Assembly (NCBI RefSeq): GCF_006345805.1 | Contig: NW_021826031.1 | Span: forward strand, 186,001-250,000 | Direction of reading: 5' to 3' | Origin: Octopus sinensis | Taxonomy: Eukaryota | Length of the DNA stretch: 64,000 bases | Shown: in pieces, positions 14,760-24,754 of the stretch | Position numbering within the stretch: the first letter of the stretch is position 1 | How the letters are laid out: each line of letters starts with the position of its first letter | Notes under the pieces: generated by a model | Database searches by the model: none | Told to the model about the DNA's origin: nothing | The model's input: only the letters and a program-made list of their open reading frames with translations | Translations under genes and position numbers: made by a program

Positions 14760-15338
14760 CAGTGGTCGTCAAAAAAAATTGCTCACCAATGTTTATGTCT
14801 TTATATAAAATTATTCTGATTTATTTTTTTGTGAACATCTTTAAGTAGTATTTTATTATTATACCTTAATTTTTATAATAAAATTTTTCTTTTTTATTTA
14901 CAAACTTAAACAAAAAATTGCAAGACAAAAAACATTAGCACAAATTTGGAAATCTCATTATCAGTAATTAATATGTCCTCTCCTTGCTAAATATAAAGAA
15001 TAACTCCTTTTTCTCATTGAATTTACTAAGTTTTGTAAAAAACTTTTAGGAATTGACTGCCAAATTTTCATAATATTTGTCGCAATAATCATCCCTTTTT
15101 TAAATTCAGTTAACTGTTTCTTGGGAGAACGTGGCATATGCAATAACAAGAAAAGTGAGCAATGTTTTTTGTCACGAGATTTAAATTTTTATGCTTTAAA
15201 TTCCTGAAATAAAATCGCATAAATAAATTAATATACTTAAGAATTAGAATAAAAAATGAAGCGTAAGATTAAATTTTTTTATTAATTTGTCAATAAAAGC
15301 ATGAAAAAATGGCTGAGCAATTTTTTTGACGATCACTG
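14760..15338 (-). mobile_element. Tc1-family non-autonomous deletion derivative
   Basis: TIR CAGTG(G/A)TCGTCAAAAAAAATTGCTCA with TA on both flanks (14758-59 and 15339-40). Residual ORF fuses a Tc1 N-terminus (MPRSPKKQLTEFKKGMII) to a C-terminus (LVNSMRKR...RGHINY). Confidence 0.9.
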
Positions 15339-15350
15339 TAAATTATCAAA

Positions 15351-15515
15351 TTTTTTTTTTAAAACTGGAAGAAAATATGAAAAAGTTAACACGAGTTTAT
15401 AAAGAGCCTGGAGGTCAGCTCAAAGACGCCGCACTGCGTATCGAGTGGCAGTTTCCGCGGAACACCGCGACCGAGATTCGCTGGAAGAGCCAACTCGTCT
15501 CCCTTCGGTCGTTGA
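15351..15515 (-). mobile_element. 5'-truncated CRE-like retrocopy
   Basis: Minus strand reads LNDRRETSWLFQRISVAVFRGNCHSIRSAASLS*, then a short UTR and an A-run (T-run at 15351-15360). Confidence 0.75.
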
Positions 15516-15810
15516 GATAAAAAAGAATTAATTTTATCAAATAAAAAAGAATTAATTTTTCTCTATTTTTGCAGAAGACACATGGAATGACGAGTGATCA
15601 AAGCATCATTTTTATAAAGAAAATTGGCTTAATCTTGGAAAAATGTCTTGTTATTTTTTTTAGTTTTTAAAATCAGCTTTCCGATTTTAAAATATATTTG
15701 TTGTGATTAATTTTTTAGAGTACATGAAATAGTGACTATATTTTCTGCATCCCAGAAAGATAAATAATAATCCTATTATTATAAAGAATGATCCTAATAT
15801 TATAAATAAT

Positions 15811-16475
15811 TGTGGCGCGCCATAACTGAAACGGGCGCCAAGAGATTTTCTGATCAAATAAAGCCTTACCTAACGGCCTTCGGCCGAAATTTTTAAGATA
15901 GCTACTATTCCCCTATGCGGCCTTCGGCCGCGGCATTTTTGATACAGATACTATCTCAACATACTTTCAATCTACTATTTTTCAATTTGTACAGGGATTT
16001 ATTAAAAATAATTTCAAAACAATTTATTTAAATTTTTTTAATTTGAAAGTAAAAAACCGTTTTTTCGGTTCCATCTTCATTTTCTATCAAAGTGAAACTG
16101 AGAATGAATCCGATCACAATGATATTTCATTGTTTCGTGATCATTCAAACAAATTACATGCTTATTTTCACCATTTATTTCATTAAAATAAAGTGTTCCT
16201 GAAATGAGATAGGAAAATGCCTCCGATTAAAATGAAATTCTTGCATTTTTGTAAAAATCTTGATCTTTGCGTTCTTGACAATCGCTCTGGAAATTTCTCA
16301 TGTTGTAAATACTGAAGAATATCATTATATTCATTATCATCTTTGACTGCATTAGCTATTCTCATTTGCAAAAATAATAGTTACCGGCAGACAACAATTA
16401 AATGACATTTGAAGGTTAAAATGCAAGGCCAAATTGTTACACGTCTGGCGCCCGTTTCAGTTATGGCGCGTGACA
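15811..16475 (-). mobile_element. Ginger-derived non-autonomous element
   Basis: TGT...ACA termini with TIR core CATAACTGAAACGGGCGCCA. 5-bp TSD ATAAT (15806-15810 and 16476-16480). Residual ORF (YNDILQYLQHEKFPERLSRTQRSRF) resembles the N-terminus of the Ginger ORF at 11275. Confidence 0.8.
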
Positions 16476-17185
16476 ATAATTCGTATAAAATTCAATGTTA
16501 ATGTTAACAAACTGTTAATTTCAATAAATTATATTATTGATGTATCCATATATTAATTGCCACATATAATCGAAATAGGAGGTAAAATTAAAATTTTCCA
16601 AATTATCAGCAACTTTCTTAATGTTTTCTTTTAGCTGATTTCTTGTTGTTTCTCTCGGACGAATTTTATTTAAATCATTTTTAATTTTTGCAAATAAATG
16701 TTCGATGGGATTTAATTGTGGGAAGTAACTCGGAAAAAATTCAACGTGTATATTTAGATTTCGAAATAAATTTTTTATGTTATTACAATGATGTATCGGT
16801 GCGTTGTCCATTATTAATAAAATGTTAGTAGGAAAAATATTACAACCGTGAGCTTCACGTATAAATGCTTCAAAATTTTCTGCATTGTATCCACCATCAA
16901 TTATTCTATAGAACTCCAAACTGAGTGATGACATTATTCCACAAAAGGATACATTTTGGTCTTTAGAACTTTGTTGAAATAATAAGGGTTCAGTATTAGG
17001 TGAAGAATAGCCATAATTAATAGATGTATGTAAGTTGAATCCACTTTCATCCAAAAAAATAATTCTTTTATTAAAAATTTTGATAACTTTGTTGCGTAAT
17101 ATTTAATAGAATCTTTATGAATTTGTGTGAGAATAACTTTTGAACGTTTTTTAAACGTTTTCTAGTTAAATCTGATTCTTTAAAC

Positions 17186-18051
17186 CAGGGGTTCTCAACC
17201 TTTTTAGCTCAAGGCCAAATCGATAATTAAGATTAGCTTCGCGGGCCGCACAAAAAATATTTTATATTTTTTTATATTTTCCATTTTACTAAATATTGAT
17301 TCGCATAAATATGTAGATTTATATATGCATTGTGTGTTATATTTTTGAATTTGTCTTGAGGAATTAATTCGTAAAAATTAATAATGGACGCATTTTTGAA
17401 CAATGCCGCCAGTTCTATATCATGTTGTAAATTAATGAGTTCTAGTTGAAACTTTGCAGGCGCATCCTTAATTTCCACGCTGAATGGAGTTGAGAATATT
17501 CTCATTAAAGGAATGAATTCTTTAAAATTCTAAAAATTAAATTTATATAAATTTTTTTTTTTAATTTCGAAATAGAAAAGAAAATGGAACAGGAAGTCAG
17601 CTACTAGCCGCAGAGAGAATAGAGAAACTGTTCCCCCTGAGTACGGCTATTGAGACGCGCTCAAAAAGCTGATTGACCTCGCGGGGGTCGTTTCTAATCC
17701 TCCCGAGGTGACGGCCTCTCTCGGTGAGAAAACGTAGCGTGGCTGGGCCGAATGTGCCTGATGTTTCGACTGAAACAGGCACAAAGAGGAATCTGTCGGC
17801 GAGCGAGGCGTACTTGTCTTTCTTCCGGGTCTTTGCCCTCCTCGCCGCTGTGCCAATTTATATAAATGTACCCCAAAACGTGCTTCAAATTGATTAATGA
17901 AATCACCAATTATGGATATGTTTAACCTTAAGAATGAATAATTAAATTTAAACATTATTAAAAAATTAAAAAAGTTAGTTACTCTAGAGGGGCCGCAAAA
18001 AAAATCCTGGGGGCCACATGCGGCCCCGGGGGCCGCATTTGAGAACCGCTG
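17186..18051 (-). mobile_element. hAT (Charlie/Buster-type) deletion derivative
   Basis: TIR CAG(G/C)GGTTCTCAA. 8-bp TSD CTTTAAAC (17178-17185 and 18052-18059). Residual hAT C-terminal ORF (FSTPFSVEIKDAPAKFQLELINLQ). Confidence 0.9.
17552..17854 (-). mobile_element. 5'-truncated CRE-like retrocopy nested in the hAT element
   Basis: Encodes PVSVETSGTFGPATLRFL...LFERVSIAVLRGNSFSILSAASS*. Poly(A) appears as a T-run at 17552-17562. TSD AATTTATATAAA at 17540-17551 and 17855-17866. Confidence 0.88.
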
Positions 18052-18867
18052 CTTTAAACAATCTATTGATTTTTGATCTGCTTATGGATATACTGTTGTT
18101 TTGATTTGTAGAAAGCCTTTCTCTAACACCTAATTGTGTCAAAGAATTATCCTCATTAATAATATTTGTAATTTTTTCAATTATTTCACGGTTATCTTAT
18201 TTCTTAGGGCCTTTAGACCGTACATAAGCATAGAAATCAACATTTTCATTTTCATCCGAAAATTTACAAATTTTGTAAATTGCAGAAGGTGATATATCAA
18301 CTATTTTGGAAATTTCTTTAACAGGAATATTGTTTCTTAATCTTAGAATTTGATTAAATAAATCAAATGTGAGTGTCTTTCGTATTTTTCGGTTGCAAAC
18401 ATTGTCTTCCATATGTTATTTATCCTTACTTTACGCACTTTGTAATTTTTATTTATAATATTGGGATCGTTATTTATCTTTTTGGGATTTGTATTTATAA
18501 TATTAGGATCATTCTTTATAATAATAGGATTATTATTTATCTTTCTGGGATGCACTGTATTTTATGTTCCAAATCTATTTACTTCTTTAAGGTTTGTACG
18601 AATTTTATTGAAAAATTTTGATATATAAAATTATTAATTTGATTTCATTCATATTTGTTGTAGTTTTTTAACATGAAGGACAGTTAATTTTGTGCCTTCA
18701 AATTTCCTTTTTGAAGAAAGTGAAATTGAAATAAAATATGATTGGATTATTTTCCGGTCAAGAAATATGAGCTTGACGCAACTAGTAGGTGTTAAAGTCT
18801 ATGAATTGCTATCGGACAATTATTATAAATACTTAGTGGTGAAATATAAAGTTTATAAAAGTAAACA

Positions 18868-19886
18868 ATGGGAATAACTGGTGGCTTAACCTTGAGTTTT
18901 ATGATTGTGGCTGCAATCTCAATCACAACTGCGGGCGTATTCTTCACGCTTAACAGTTCTACCACTCTAAACATGGGTTGTTGAGTTTATAATACACTAT
19001 GTCAGGACTGTACTCAAATTCGATATCAGACATACAATTTGAACATCAAACAACACTGACTCCTGTTTCTTGGGTTAACAACCAGTGGAATATAGTGTTT
19101 GTCTGGCTGACTTTGATGCTCATTTACGGCCTTTCGACCACATTCCGAAGAATTGGAGACAGCTATAGCATGACCATGGATTTAAAACAAGTCAATTATA
19201 TGTACATAAATCCTTGTGGAGGGGTAATACCCTACTCTGTGTACTTATCGATTGCAGTCGTTTCTATTCTGTCAGTGATGTATCTATTCCTTTGGGATAT
19301 GCTGTATTTCCGTGCCTGTGCTTGTCTGGCATTACTTTCAGCAGTGATTTCCCATTTTGCTTATTTCAAGATGGCATATCAGACATTTCATACACAATCT
19401 ATACTTTTCGACAATGCAAAGACCCTGGATGTGTGGCTGCTTAGAATTTTCTGCATTAACGGACTTGCCTTGCTCTCTGCTTGGCTGACGTACCTTGCAG
19501 TTTTTAATTTCTCTGTCGCCGTGGTCTACTATGACGCAGGCGATTACTCTGACCTCACTGGAGTGAATCCTGAATACACAGGGAAGGTGTGCTCGGGTCT
19601 CTATTTGACCTGGATCGTAATTTCTTTCATTGCAGATCTGTTATTTATTGAAAAGTACACACGTTATGCTCTCTTTCATTATATTTCCACTATGCTCTCG
19701 GGTTGTGGAATTGTTATGTTTAAACCAAATGTTTATGAAGACATTCCAGTCAGTACTAAACTTGCTTTGTCCATTGTTGGTGTGGCCGGGGTTGCTTTCG
19801 TCGTCAAACTCTCTTTTGCCCTTGTCAGACATTTCACACGACCTATCCGCTTTGCAAAAAAAGATCTGAATGACTTTATTTATTAG
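18868..19886 (+). CDS. uncharacterised multi-pass membrane protein (TspO/MBR-related invertebrate/fish family, by recollection)
   Basis: ATG at 18868 and a 29-nt intron 18977-19005 join to the 295-aa ORF. About 8 hydrophobic segments; motifs LTPVSW...VFVW, YLFLWD and DVWLLRIFCINGLALLSAW. Confidence 0.7.
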
Positions 19887-20399
19887 TACTAATTCTACAA
19901 TAATCCTTATTACGTGATTTACTTTAAATAGCCCAAAACCATTCAATTTCTTAAAAATAATGACAAGGGAGTTTAAAAAATGTTTGCAAAAAATTTAATT
20001 TTTACTCGTTCTGAACAAATTATATTCAATTAAGATATTTTTAATGTTCGATAAAGTTAAAATTTTACCAAAAAATGTTAAAAATGTTTTGATAGGAGTA
20101 AATTTTCTTCGGAACTTCTGAAATATTATTAAATCAAGATAAACTGGGTAGTATGCAAAGAAAGTTAATTTATTGATCAAATTCAGAATAAAAATAGTCA
20201 GGGTCCAAAAATAACCTAATAAAGTTATAGAACAGAAAAGTTTATTTTCTAAATTAAAAACTCGTAATTAACTAATTAAAGGGAAAGAAAATAAAAGAAT
20301 CAAAACAAAAACAAGGAGAAAGAACCGAATTTTTTTACTGATTGGGGCAGACTAGAACGAAACACCATATGTCCCTTCAAAAAAGGAAAATTACCCCAT

Positions 20400-21230
20400 G
20401 CATCATTATTTGCTTATGTGATGCAATAATTTATCAATGGATAGCATACTCTCTCCAACTTTGTGGTTAATTTGGATTTTAAAATATCATTTGTATAAAA
20501 GATCATCTCCATGTTAGGATAATCCACTTTAGGAATGTCGCACATCACACATTTGAATAAAAGTGGACTGATGACAGATCACTGTGGAACTTCTCTCGTA
20601 ACCGAAATTTTCTTTGGCAATTGGTTTCCGACACGTATGAAAACCTTCCCAAGAGGAAATTCTTCATTTAAGCTAAGGCCGTCTTTCCGATATTTAAATT
20701 GTGTAAATTTTGTAATAATCCAGCATGGCAGACGCTATCAAATGCTTTTGATATGTCTAGACATGTGGCAGTAAGATATTCCTTTTTTTGCAGTATAAAG
20801 AGCATTTTTTAGTTGCGAAAAGTAATTTCCAGTGTTCCTGTTACGCCAAAATCCTTATTTTCTTCAAAAGATATTGATCATCTTCGATGTAAGTTGATAG
20901 TCTGTTAGAAATGATTTTTTCCACGATATTTTTAATTTCCGATAAAGTTAAAATTTTACCAAAAAATGTTAAAAATATTGTTCAGATAGATAAGTCTGTT
21001 GACATGAGCGAGCAATGCAAATTCTTGAGTGCAAAAAATATTGATTATCTTCGATGTAAGTTGATAGTCTGTTAAAAATAATTTTTTCACGATTTTTGAA
21101 ATTGAGGAAACGAGGCTAATTGGCCTGTAATTTGCAAGATCCAAAATCGGCTTGATCTTCTTCAAGATCATGCAAACAATTGTCCTCTTCCACGTTCCAG
21201 GGACATGTTCGGTACTCCACAAAGAATTAA
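20400..21230 (-). mobile_element. rearranged LINE reverse-transcriptase relic
   Basis: VPGTWKRTIVCMILKK...NYRPISLVSSISKIV and CLDISKAFDSVCH, with stops. Internal duplications at about 20870-20925 vs 21040-21095 and 20045-20085 vs 20940-20980. Confidence 0.7.
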
Positions 21231-21500
21231 ATAACTTTTATAATTCATATAATAAAGGAATTTTCGCCTTTTTGAAGATAATGTAATCCCAATTAAGTTA
21301 TAAGAAGTGTACAAAGCTAAATTTATGTGGTATTTTATCTCTGTAAATTCCTATCTCTGTAAATATATTGAAATTTGGCTATAAATACTTCAAAATAAAT
21401 ACTTCATTTGGAGATCAAAAAATGTTAATTAGTAATATTACTTTGAAATTATATTAATTATTAACAAAAATTTAACTGACTTGTGTGTGCCTTGTGTGTA

Positions 21501-22374
21501 ATGTCTGATGATTCAATTTCATGGATTAACTTATTTTGTCAAAAAAATAAAATAACCACACCAACAATTACCGAAGTCTGTCTTGACCCAATAAAAAGTT
21601 GTCATGAATGCCGAATAGAAATCGCCAACTACATATTCTCCAACATTGGTAACAAAATTAAATAAACCACGAGGAAAAACAAAAAAAGAAGCCAAAAAAG
21701 GCGCAGCCAATAAAGCTCGTAGTCTCCTCGAAAATCTACCATGGTGAAATATTAAAACGTGATTCTAAGCTGCAACAATAATTTCAAGACGGGCTCAAAT
21801 CACTTTGGAACTCTCCTGACCCTCCTCCAACGACTGAACAGGCCTCCACCGACCGTGAATATACGGGAATACAACATTGCTAATAAAAATCGTCATTTTT
21901 CTTGTATGCTGACAGTCGGTGACATATCCGTCGTTGGAAGAGGGTCTCGAAAGCAAATGGCCAAGAACTACGCCGCCCGTCTCTTATTGGAACGTCTGGA
22001 AAAATTCGGTGATACTTTGATTGTGGAGTTGAACACGGAAATACGTGATTTTATTTCAGCTGGTCTTTTGGCGGTAGATGGATTTATTCCTTTGGAGAGA
22101 CACGACTCGTTTATTCACCGTCTTAATTTAGTGACGGAAAAACGGAAGTTTATGATGCAGTATTCTAATTATTATCGACATCATAATGGTTGTTTTTTTG
22201 GAGTTACGGTAAGGAAATCCTGTGTCTGTTTTGGTCGTCAATTGTGGCAGGATGTTGGTTTTTTCCGAGGAGGGAAATGATATTAACAATGCACGGGAGA
22301 ATGTAGCCAGGAATGCTTTGTTTTGTCTTTATTTTTTATTTCACAAAACTGAAATTGGATCGTATCCGAACTAA
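21501..22374 (+). CDS. three-dsRBD protein, PACT/TRBP/Loquacious-like
   Basis: dsRBD1 (SISWINLFCQKNKI...GKTKKEAKKGAA, with 25-nt intron 21649-21673), dsRBD2 (FGTLLTLLQR...GRGSRKQMAKNYAARLLL) and a degenerate dsRBD3 (CVCFG...NNARENVARNALFCL). The last splice junction is ambiguous. Confidence 0.75.
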
Positions 22375-22435
22375 TTTTAATTCTGTTTTTTTGCTGTGTT
22401 TAACTGATTTCTTATTTTTAGCTATTTGGTTTATT

Positions 22436-22652
22436 TATTTTTTTAATCAAAATATTCATTATTAAAACAATTAGGACGTGAAAAGATAGCTAAGCTAATT
22501 ACTGGCCTCACGAGACACTCGGCCAGCCTCGCGAATGGCGAAGCCGTTCCCTCGGATCACAGCAATCGACAGACGTTCCAGGAGCCAAGAATACTCTCTT
22601 GGATCGTGGCTAGTCCTTGAAATCCGTCGGCCGAGCAAGCGAAGGAAGCGGA
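22436..22652 (-). mobile_element. 5'-truncated CRE-like retrocopy
   Basis: Minus strand reads LRFLRLLGRRISRTSHDPREYSWLLERLSIAVIRGNGFAI, followed by a short A-run. Possible 7-bp TSD GTTTATT. Confidence 0.72.
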
Positions 22653-22899
22653 GTTTATTATAATTTGTTAAAATGGAAAAAGAATTTATTGGAAATCAGA
22701 TTTTTTAAAATTTAATTCATGATAGTATCAAATAAACGAATCTTTAATCGCCCATATTATAAAAAATTGAAACAACATTATTTAAATGAATAGTTAATGG
22801 AAACAACATTCTTTAAAAAACTTGCAATACATAGCAGCTGTTCCATATTTTTAGTTTTGTTCAGAAGTCTGTTGACATGAGCGAACAATGCAAGTTCTT

Positions 22900-23420
22900 G
22901 AGTGCAAGCAAACTGGAAAATTTGGTTTAGTATTTGTTACTAAATTTCTCTATATGTTACTAAACTACGTGTTAATTTCTCTATATTTTTTGGTTCTGTT
23001 TGCTTATTAGAATCTGAGTCACTGTCATTATTTTCAGAAGCTGAGACTGTTCAGTATTACTAAACTAGAGATTATTTCCAATCTTTGGGATTTTCAGTGG
23101 ATAGTTCAGTGTCTAAGTTGACAAATTCTACTCCTGTCATTGGATTATCGACTATTCTATTCATGAGGGGTATTAACAGTAAACTGTTTTCGGGATGGGC
23201 GTTTATATTATATATTTTGACTGAAATGCCGCACTTATTAAAGCAGATGGAGATCGTGTTTGATTTTACGTCTATCCAAACTGTTATAATTCACCCAATA
23301 GCATCAAGTCAAAAATTACACGTTTAACATTACATTCTGGTTGTATATTGATATGTACAAGTGATGACCAATGACTCCAGAAATTTTATTTTATGGTGAC
23401 GTAACATCAGAACTAAACTA
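22900..23420 (-). mobile_element. pogo/Tigger transposase C-terminal relic
   Basis: Minus frame reads DAIG*IITVWIDVKSNTISICFNKCGIS...DNPMTGVEFVNLD, typical of the Tigger DDE_1 C-terminus, with stops. Confidence 0.55.
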
Positions 23421-23920
23421 ACTCAATTCAAAATTGTAAAAAAGTGGAAATATAGTATCTTTCTTGTTTGAAGACGTTATATTTTTCGAAAAAATTAATT
23501 ATTTTTAAAGAGGTCATATAACAGAATATTTTACATTTTTCTAAATTATGTCAATATTTGGAAAAACATAATCACACTAAAATAAAACTTATTTAAAAAA
23601 TTCTCTTTTGTATATAAAAGAATTTTTCAATGATAGGTTCAAAATAAAGGTTTAAATATTCCAAGATTTTGGAAAAAAAGGAACTTGATCGTTCGTTATA
23701 AATTCTTTATGTGCTAAAGTGAGAGTCCTATAAATTTATTGTCATATGGAATGAACGTAGAATCACTCCCAAGTGATTTTATTCAAATTTTCAAATTTGC
23801 AGTTGCTGTCAAAACGTTTTTAGCAGACTTTGCGTTTTTATTAAATAATTGCAAAGAAATATCAGCCTTTTTAAGTATTTCTAATACAATACTGCATTCA
23901 ACTCCATACTTATTGCTAGA

Positions 23921-24324
23921 AGTACTTTTGTCGAAGTGGTCGCAGTTTTTTTAGGCCTTTTAAAAAATCTAATAATTTTTGAGGTGGAATATATTATATT
24001 TTATTTAAGTCGCTCTATCAATAATTTAAAATATTATTACAGAAATGCACTGCATCCTCCTTACTTATTGGAGCTGTCGGAATTTGATGTTGCATAAGTC
24101 CACAACAGAATTTTCCATGTGACCTATAGTGCCAGTTTATATCAATATTAGGTACATGCTCGCCATAATATTAAACAAAATTAGAAAATAAATTAGTAAA
24201 AAATTAAAATATTTTTTAAATTATTGATAGAGCGACTTAAATAAAATATAATATATTCCACCTCAAAAATTATTAGATTTTTTAAAAGGCCTAAAAAAAC
24301 TGCGACCACTTCGACAAAAGTACC
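23921..24324. mobile_element. Merlin-family MITE with ~110-bp perfect-looking TIRs
   Basis: Same terminal sequence as the 6352-7282 element. Both arms carry the same subterminal sequence (AGGCCTTTTAAAAAATCTAATAATTTTTGAG...). No TSD visible. Confidence 0.85.
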
Positions 24325-24614
24325 GGTTTTTTTAGTTAGTTATTTTTTCAGAATTTATGTGGCGAAAACAAATACAGAACTATAAGGAATCTTTTGCACA
24401 GATTGTAAAAGACATAAATTCCTTCTACAGTCCCTGGAATTTGGATGCCGCGTACTAAAAATGACTAAATTGGTTAAATAAATTTTTAAATAATTTTAAT
24501 AACCATTTAAATTATTGATAGAGGGTTATAAATTAAATAATCTATTTTTCACTAAAAAATTAATTAATTTTAATTATGGTCAAAAAAAACTGCGACCACT
24601 TCGACAAAAGTACC
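24325..24614. mobile_element. half Merlin element (inverted near-identical copy of 6352-6651)
   Basis: Reverse complement of 6352-6651 with few differences; directly abuts the MITE's right TIR. Confidence 0.85.
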
Positions 24615-24754
24615 GAAATTTGGTACTTTTGTGTGTCGGATTAGGTTTTTGGTTTGATTCATTTATTATTTAATTAAAAAATTTTTTAACAATTTTTGAC
24701 GTAATCGTTTTCTTTGCGGAGCTGTCATTTTTTAGTTTTCGACTTTCTTTCAAG

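Larger units (their letters stand above)
15746..18557 (-). mobile_element. IS630/Tc1-like DD34E transposon carrying nested insertions
   Basis: Inverted repeats TGCATCCCAGAAAGATAAATAATAATCCTATTATTATAAAGAATGATCCTAATATTATAAATA start at 15746 and end at 18557; the right end is CACTG+TA and the left end lacks the terminal CAG. HTH-like N-terminus at 18197-18412. Catalytic ORF 16521-17054 with DESG, DNAPIH-(34 aa)-NPIE. Confidence 0.85.

Noticed and set aside
18343-18621. ORFs with NDPNII repeats
   Set aside because: They overlap the subterminal direct repeats of the Tc1/IS630 TIR, also present at 15746-15810; non-coding.
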